Translations under genes and position numbers: made by a program
Notes under the pieces: model-generated
What the model was told of the DNA's origin: nothing
What the model saw: only the letters and a program-made list of their open reading frames with translations
Databases searched by the model: none
Part shown: positions 1 to 9,000 of the stretch, in pieces
Layout of the letters: the number at the start of each line of letters is the position of its first letter
Position numbering within the stretch: position 1 is the first letter of the stretch
Assembly: GCA_045863395.1 (NCBI GenBank)
Contig: BTVJ01000022.1
Span: forward strand, 35,443-99,442
DNA: 64,000 nt
Direction: 5' to 3'
Source: Myxococcales bacterium
GTDB lineage: Bacteria; Myxococcota_A; UBA9042; JABWCM01; BTVJ01

Positions 1-3000
1 TTGCCCGCGTCGTACACATAGCCGCCGTAGGTGGCCGTGTAGATGGAGTTGCCGTCGTTGGTGGTCACGATGCCCGACGCGGCCGTCCCATCCGGGTTGA
101 GTCGGCGCATGTACCCCGCCCCGCCCGCGATGACCCACTCGCCGCCCGTCCACAGGACCCCGTAGATCGGCTGGCCGCCGAGCATGACCACCGGGCTCCC
201 AATGAACATGCCGTCGGTGCCCACGAACTGGATGTAGCCCGAGTCGCCGCCGACCAGCCACTGGGTGCCGTTCCAACCCACGGCGCGGATGGTGAAGTTG
301 AGCATTCCTGATTGGTAGGAGCCTACGGCGGCGCCGGACGCGTTGACACGGTGAACGCGCCCGGTGTCGCCCACGACCAGCCAGTGCACGCCGTTCCACG
401 CCGCCGCGCGGCCGACCGCGCCACCGAGCAGCGTGACGTTGGAGCCGAGCTGGGTGCCGGAGGCGTTGAGCGTGCGGAACACGCCGCCAGAACCGCCTAC
501 GAGCCAGCTCGTGCCGTTCCAGACGGACACATACAGGGTGGGCGATGAGGTGACGACGGTCGTGCCCTGCTGGACGTAGCTCCCGTTGAGGAACGCGTAG
601 CGCCCGGAGTCACCCGCCGTCAGGACCTTTGTGCCGTCGTGGCCGGCGGAGCGGACGCCGTAGCCCCCCGACAGGGTGTAGGAGCTCGACGTGTACGGGT
701 AGACGACCTTGCCCGCAGTGTCGTAGGCCTCGTGGTAGGCGCTGCCGACGACCACGTAGTTCGTGCCGTCGAAGGTGCTCCCCTCGATGGTGCTCCCCCC
801 CATTCCCACGGCGTAAGGCACGATGGGGACGCCCGTGGAGGTCACGAGCTGCACGCGGCCGCTGGCCCCGCCGACGAGGAAGTTGGTCCCGTTCCAGGCG
901 GCCGCGTAGGCGTGGGACCCGAGGATCGACGTGCGGATGGTCAAGCTCGACGCCCCCGACTTGGGGACATAGGCGGTCTGGCCACTGTTACCGACGAGGA
1001 GCACGCCGTTTGGCGACGCAACCGAGCCTTGCCACGTGGTCCCCTGGATCTTGTACGTGGCGGCCGCGACGCTGCCGTCTGCCGAGACGAGCTGCCACCG
1101 CCCGCTGTCTCCCGCGACGATGAAGGACTGGCCGCTCCAGGCCACGGTGCGGGCGATGCCGCCGGCCAGGGCCGGCTCCCAATCGCTGGCGAGGGCCCCA
1201 TCCGCGGCAATGAGCTGCACGCGGCCCACGTCACCTGCCACGAGCCAGTGAGTGCCGCTCCAGGCAGCCCCGTAGATGGTGGAGCCGCCGATGGCCGTGA
1301 TCTGGGAGCCGCTGGCGGTCCCCGTCAGGGTCAGACGCTGCGCGCGCCCGGAGGCGCCCGCCGCGAGGATCTGCCCGTCGCCCATGGACAGCGCCTGGAC
1401 GGCGGACCCTTGGAGGATCTGCGCGTAGCTACCGATCGCCACGCCGTCCGCGCCGATGCGCTGGATGCGCCCGCTGGCGCCGCCGACGAGCCACGCGTCG
1501 CCGGTCCACACGATGGCGTTGACCGTCGACCCGCCCAGGAGCTGCACGTTGCTCCCGAAGGGCACTCCGTTGGTGCCGACGCGCTGCACGTAGCCGCCTC
1601 CACCACCGACGAGCGTCACGCCGTCGGGGTTCGCGGCCGCCGCCACGACGGTGTTGGTGCCGATGGCGGTCTGGGTGGACACGGGCGGCACGCTGAGTGT
1701 GGCCGGGACGATGGCCACGGTGCCCCCCTGGCCAGCGACGACGATGTTCGCGCACCCAGGGGTGGCCGGGCCGTCCATGCACTGGCCGTCGAGGCAGGCG
1801 TCGTGGTCATTGCACGGCGCGCCGTCGGAGCAGGGGGTCCCGTTCGCGACCGCAGCGCCGGCGAGGCATGCGCCCTCGGAGCAGAGGCCGTCGCCCGAGC
1901 AGGGGTTGCCGTCGTCGCAGGCAGCCTCGTTGGGCGTGCTGTGACAGCCGAGGAGCTCGTCGCACGCGTCGTCGGTGCAGGGGTTGCCGTCGTCGCAGTC
2001 AGTGGGCTCGTCGCCGGCGCAGAGGCCTTCCACGCAGACGTCGCCCGTAGTGCAGGGGTTGCTGTCGTCACAGCCCTCGGTGTTGACCGTGTAGGAGCAG
2101 GCCCCGGTCTCCGAGTCGCAGTGGTCGTCGGTGCAGGGATCCTGGTCGCTGCAGTCCACGCTGGGAGCTGCGACGCACACTCCGGCCGCGCAGGAGCCGT
2201 CGCCGGTGCAAGCGTCGCCGTCGTCGCAGACCAGGCCGTCCGCCCGCGCCGTCCAGGCCTTGCGGTCGGCTTGCGGGTCGCACACCTGGCAGGGGTCCTC
2301 GGGGTTCTCTGCGCCCTCGGCCACGCACGCGCCACCGACCGCACAGCCGCCACCGCAGTCACAGGTGCCCTCGTCGCAGAAGGCCGTGGGGCACTCCAGG
2401 TCACTTCCGCAGGGAGAGCCAGCGACCAGCGCCGCGCCGACCATGCTGCTCGTGTAGACCGCGAGGCCGTCGAGCACGGTGAACGTGGGCCCCACCGGAG
2501 CGCCGCTCGCGTCGACCTTCTGCAGGAGACCCTGGTCCCCAGCGATCACCCAGTTGGAGCCGGTCCACGCGATGCTGCGGATCGACTTGCCGCCCAGAGC
2601 GACCACCGGCTTGCCCACGGGCTTGCCGAGGGCATCGATTCGCTGGATGTAGCCGCTGTCGCCGCCGATGAGCCAGTCAGTGCCGCTCCAAGACGCGGCG
2701 AGGGCCGTCAGGTTGAACAGCGCCGACTGGTAGGCTCCCTGGCTGGTGCCCGACTTGCTCACGCGCTGCACGCGGCCCAGGTCGCCGACCACGAGCCAGC
2801 CGTTGCCCCCGGCGGAGATGGCGCGCACGACCTGGCCGCCCAGGGTCGTGAGGCCGTTGGACGCCGTAGCGCCGGTCTCGTCGATGACCCGCACGTAGCC
2901 GGCGGCACCGCCGACGAGCCAGCTCGACCCGCCCCACGCCGCCGCGAGCAGGTTGTTTCCGGCGCCAACGTTGGAGTCCGCTCCCGGAGCGCCCGCGGCG

Positions 3001-6000
3001 CTGATCAGCGAGAGTCGTCCGGCGTCGCCCACGGCGATCCAGGCCTTCTTGCCCCAGGCGACCGCGCGCACGGCCTGCGAGCCCAGGAATGGGACGAGAG
3101 TCCCCGTCTGAGGCGCCAGCGACTGGTCGATCACCTGAACGAGCGTGCCGCCGCCCAAGAGCCATCCACTGCCGCTCCAGGCGGCGCTGACGATGGCCGT
3201 GCCACCGAGCAGGGTCTGGAACGGTCGCACCAGCGTCGCGTCGAAGGCCACGCGCTGAATTCGGCCGCTCTGCCCCACGACCAGCCAGTTGACGCCGGCG
3301 TTGGTGACCGCGTAGGCCTCCAGGCCCTGCAGCGCGGTGCCGGTCTTGATGGTGCTTCCGGTGGGAGACAGGCGCGTGTAGGCGCCGGCGTTGCCCACCG
3401 CCAGCCAGCCGTCGGTGGTCGGCGCCACGCCGTAGACCGTGTGGCCCAAGGTCTGGAAGGTGCCGGCGATGGGCGCGCCCGCGGCGTCCACCGCCTGGAT
3501 ACGGCTTGCGTCTCCGCCCACCAGGAAGCGGGTGCCGTCCCAAGCGGCCGCGCGGATCAGTGATCCGGCGATCGCGGCCTGGTAGCCACCCGCGAGCGTG
3601 CCGTCAGGGTTGACGAGCTGGACGCGGCCCGAGGCACCACCGACCAGCCAGTGGGTGCCGCTCCATGCCACGGCAAGAATCTGGACTCCGTCGATGGCAG
3701 TGACGTGCGTGCCAATGGGGACGCCGTCGGCGCCCACGACCTGAATGCGGCCGGTGTCGCCGCCGACGAGCCACGCGTCGGCCCCCCATGCCATGGCGTT
3801 GATGCGGGTGCCGCCAAGGGCCGTGGCGTAGGAGCCCACCGGCACCCCATCGGCGCCGACCAGGTGGACGCGCCCCGAGTCTCCGCCGACCAGCCACTCG
3901 GTGCCGCTCCAGGCGGCCGCCCGAGCGATGCTCCCGCCATTGACCACGCCCACGGCAGAGCTCGTCAGGCCGTCGGCGCCGACCCGCTGCACCTTGCCTG
4001 CCGCGCCCACGACCAGGCTGTCCGTCCCGTTCCAGGACGTGGCAAGCGCATCGCTGCCCCCAAGGGTGGTCTGGAAGGACAGCGGGGGAACGGTCAGGTC
4101 AGACCCGACCAACATGGCGGCGCCGGAGGCCCCGGCCACCAGGAGCTGGGACGGGCACGAGCCGCCTCCGACATAGATGTGTCCGCAGGATCCGGTCTGC
4201 TGGTCGCAGGAGTCGACGGTGCACTCAGAGCCGTCGCCGCAGTCCTTGGGCGCTCCCGAGGCGCAGAGCCCCTGCTGGCAGGTGTCGCCGACGGTGCACA
4301 GGTCACCGTCCTCGCACGATGCGCCCGCCGCCAGGGGCGACCAGTCGCTGGTGTTCTGATCCGGGTCACACACGAGGCAGGGGTTGTCGGGGTTGGTCTG
4401 GCCCCGGACGAGCTGCGAGCCACCGATGCTGCAGTCCGCGAGACAATAGCCGGCGACGCAGGCGCCCGAGGTGCAGTCCGTGCCCAGGGTGCATGCGGAG
4501 CCTGGGGTCAGCGAGGGACCACCGTAGGAGACGTAGCGGACCGTCGTGCCATTGAGCACGGTGACCACGGCGCCAACGGGCGCGCCCGAAGGCAAGAGCC
4601 GCTGCATGGTGCCGCCATTGCCACCGACCACCCAGTCCGTGCCGGTCCAGGCAGCGCCATAGATGTGGTTGCCGGCGAGGACCGTCTGCTCCGCACCGGC
4701 TACTGCGCCTGCTGCGTCGATCAGGCGCACCTTGCCGCTGTCGCCAGCGACGAGCCACCGGTTGCCGTCCCACGCGATGGCGCGGATGGGGGTCGACAGC
4801 GCGGTGATGTAGCTCCCGATGGCCCCGCCTGCCGCATCGACGAGCTGGGTGCGACCGCTGTCTCCACCGGTGATCCACAAGGCGCCGTTGGAAGACACGG
4901 CTCGCACCGCGACTCCACCGAGTACGGTGCTCGACGCGGTGAGGGTTCCGTTCTTGTCGATGCGGCGGCACAGGCCCGAGTCTCCGCAGGAGAGCCAGTT
5001 GGTGCCGTTCCAGGCTGCCGCCTTCATGTTCGGCGTGCTCCCGCTGAGCACCTTGGTCCCACCCGTGGCGTTCCCATTGGGCAGGAAGAGGTTGTACCGG
5101 CCGCTGTCGCCGCTCACCAGCCAGTGGGCGCCGTTCCACGAGGCCGTGTAGACGCCGTAGCTGGAGAGTGCCGTGCCAACCGCAGAGAGGGAGTTCCCCG
5201 CGACACCGATCACGTGGTCGTAGATGTACCCGACCAGCATCCAACGGTCGCCGGCCCAGCCGCCACCGTAGGTCTGGTTGCCACTGAGGGCCGTGCCATA
5301 AGGGAGGACCGGGACGCCGTTCGAAGCCACCGGCTGCACTCGCCCGTAGTAGCCGGAGACCAAGTAGCGGGTGCCCGTCCACGTCACGCCCATGATCTGG
5401 GCACCGTCGAGGGCGGTGCGCAGGCTCCCGCCGGACGTGCCATTGGGGTTGAGCAGGCGGTTGTACCCACTGTTGCCGCCGGCCAGGCACTTCGTCCCGT
5501 TGCACACCACGGCCTGCCAGTGGCTACCGCCGGAGTGGAACAGGGTGTCGGGATTGACGAGACCGTCAGCGCCGACGATCTGGCTGTAGGAGTTGTTGCC
5601 GACCACCAGGTAGCCCTGGCCGGTCCAGGCCACCGCGTTGGCGGTCTGGCCGCCCAGGCCGTGCTGCGCCGCGGCCAGCGGCGCGCCGTTGGGGCCGAGG
5701 AGGCGCAACCAACCCGAGTCGCCTACCACCAGGAAGTTGGTGCCGTCCGTGGCGATGCCGCGGATGGTGACGCCGCTCATCACCGTGGTCGGCGACGACA
5801 CGGGCACGCCGTAGGCGTCGAGCAGGCAGACGAGGCCAGCGCCGCCGCCGACCAGGTAGTTGGTGCCGTTCCAGGCGCCCGCCAGGATCTGGTTGCTGCT
5901 GAGCACGTTGGACGCCGCCGCGCCAATCAGGCTCCCGTCGGCGGCAACCCGCCGGATTCGCCCCGAGTCGCCTCCGACGAGCCACTCCTCGCCGTTGGTG

Positions 6001-9000
6001 ATCACCATGTAATCGGCGCTGCCCTGGAGCGGCTGCACGCGAGTGCCCACGGGGACGCCGTCGTCGTCCACCTGCTGCATCCAGGAGTCGCCGATCACCA
6101 GAGATCCGGTCGGGCCGGCCGCGATGCCATAGGAGTAGGCCCCGCTCATCGCCACCTGGATGGAGGGCTTGGGGACACTCAGGTCCGATGGCACGATCTG
6201 GAAGCGGCCGCTGTCTCCCGACGCGATGAGCTTGTTGCACGCCGGGACGACGCCACCGCCGGTGCATGTGCCCGCCACGCAGCGATCACCGATGGTGCAT
6301 GCCTCGCCGTCGCTGCACGCCGCCCCGTCAGCGAGGACGGTGCCCGCACAGGAGCCGGCGCCGTCGCAGGTGTCTCCGTCGGTGCAGGGGTTGCCGTCAC
6401 TGCAGGACGCGTAGGACGGGATGTTCAGGCACCCGTCCTCGGGTGTGCAGGAGTCGTCGGTGCACGGGTTGCTGTCATTGCACGTCACGGCCGCGCCGGA
6501 GCAGACCATGTTGGCGCAGGCATCGCCCGATGTGCATGGGTTGCCATCGTTGCAGGAGCCCGCCGCGGCCGCGTAGACGCAGGCGCCGGTGCCCGGATCG
6601 CAGGAGTCCGCCGTGCACGGGTTTCCATCGTCGCAGGACACGATGGCGGGCTCACTGCACGTGCCGCCCGAGCAGACGCCGGCCTCGACACAGGGGGACC
6701 CGTCTGAGCAGCTCGTCCCATCCACCACGTCGCTCCAGCCCATGGGGTTGACGGCCTCGTTGCAAACCTCGCACGGGTTCTGGGGGTTCGGCGTGCCGTC
6801 GGCCACGCAGACACCGTCGGCGGCGCACCCGGACTCGCAGGCGCAGGTGCCCGCGACGCACTGATGGGTCGCACAGTCGGCGTGGGTGACGCACGCGCCA
6901 GCGGCGGGGATCGTCGGTCCGGCGGCGCTCAGCGCGTAGATGTGGAGATCGTCCAAGGCAATCTTGACCGCACCGATGGGCGTCAGGTTCGAGCTGACGC
7001 GCCGCACGCGCCCGGAGTCTCCAGCGACGATCCACTCGGTGCCCGTCCACGCGATGGCGCGAATCGGCGTTCCGAGCACCGTCACGGGGTAGCCCTGCGG
7101 CACACCGTCCGCGTCCACGAGCTGCACCTGCCCGGTGCCGAGGCCACCCACGAGCACGCGCTCGCCGTCGGTCGCGGCCGCGTAGATGGGCTGGTTGAGC
7201 ACCGCGGACTTGTGCGTGCCGACCGGGACGCCGTTTGCGCCGACGATCTGAACGCGCCCGAGATCGCCCGCCACCAGGAAGCGACCCTTGATGGGCACAC
7301 AGACTCGAGCGTTGGCGCCGCCGAGCGCCGTCTCATTGGCGCCCGGGGTGCTCGTATCGGGCAGGATGCGCCGCACGAGGCCGCTCGCCCCGACGGCGAG
7401 ATGGGTCGTCCCGTTCCAGCAGGCGCCATACATGGTCGGGCTCGAGGAGATCACCTTGGTCGCCTGGATGGCGCCGTCCTTGTTGACGAAGGCGTAGCGG
7501 CCGCTGTCGCCGACGACGAGCCAGCGGTTGCCTTCGAACGAGAGGCCCTGCACCCCATAGCCGCCGGAGAGCGTATAGACGCCGCTCGTCACCGTGGACC
7601 CGGCGGTGCCGTTTTTGTTGACCACCTGCGTGTAGGCGCTGCCGCCGACGAGCCAGCGGTCGCCGCCCCAGGACGCCACATTCACGTGGTTGCCGAGCAG
7701 GGTCGTGATGTAGGACACCTTGGGGATGCCGTTTGTGGCGACCGCCTGGACGCGCCCGCTGTCGCCGCCAACGAGCCAGCCGTTGCCCGTCCAGGCGATG
7801 CCCCGCACGGTGCTCCCGAGCAGCGCCTGGGCGACGCCCCCCTGGAGCCCGCCGGACGCGTTGGAGCGCCGCACGTAGCCGGACGAACCGCCCAGCAGCA
7901 AGCTGGACCCGTTGGTGGCCACCGTGTACCAGGTCGCGCCGCCGCTGGGGTTGTACGAGTCCTGGATGATGGTCCCGTCGGTCGCGATCAGGTGGGACCG
8001 CTGGGATGCACCCACCACCAGGAAGCCGGTGCCGGTCCAGACGACGTCGTTGATGGCCGCAGCAACGAGGGCGGTGCGCCACTTGGGGTTCAGGGTCCCG
8101 TCGGCGGCCACGAGCTGGACGCGGCCAGCATCACCACCGACCAGCCACGTCCCGCCGCTCCAGGCGACGCCATAGACTGCGGCGCCGCTCAAGGCCGTCA
8201 CGTAGCTGCCGATGGCGGTGCCGTCTGCTGCCACGCGCTGCACACGGCCGCTGTCACCGACCACGAGGTACTCGATGCCGTTCCACGCGAGGGCGCGGAC
8301 GACGCTGCCGCCGAGCATCGTCGCGTAGCTCCCGATGGGGACGCCATCGGCGCCGACCCGCTGCACGCGACCTCCATTGCCACCTACCAGCCACTCCGTG
8401 CCGTTCCACGCGGCGTCATAGATGGCGTAGCCCGCAAGGGCCGTTGCGTAGCTGTTCTGGGCGACCCCCTGCTCATTGGAGAGCTGCACGCGACCGGAGT
8501 CTCCGGCCACCAGATGGTGGGGGCTGCCCGCAGAGACGGCGTAGATGGTGCTGCCACCGATCAGCGTCTGCACAGACTTGGGCGCGAGGTTGAGGGCGGG
8601 ATCGATGAGCCCCGCCGCGCCGTTCTGGCCCGCAGCCAGCAAGGACGGGCACCCGAGCAGGCCGCTGCCCGTGCCGCACGAGCCGGCCACGCAGGCCCCG
8701 TCGCCGGTGCAGGCGTCCCCGTCGTCGCAGGCGGCTCCGTCCGCGACGGGCACGCCGCCGCAGACGCCCGTGGGACCGCACACGTCGTCCTCGGTGCAGG
8801 CCTTGCCGTCATCGCAGGGGGCCTCGGTCGAGGTGAAGATGCACGCGGCGAGTGGCTCGGTGCCTTGCCCGGTCGGCGTCGACGGCTTGCGGCTCCGCAC
8901 GCCCACGCTCATGAGCTTGTTGGCGACGTTGGTGTGGCCGTTCTCGTTGAACGCCACGCCGTTGTAGCTGCCGCCGTCGTCTCCGTCCATGCGGAAGTAG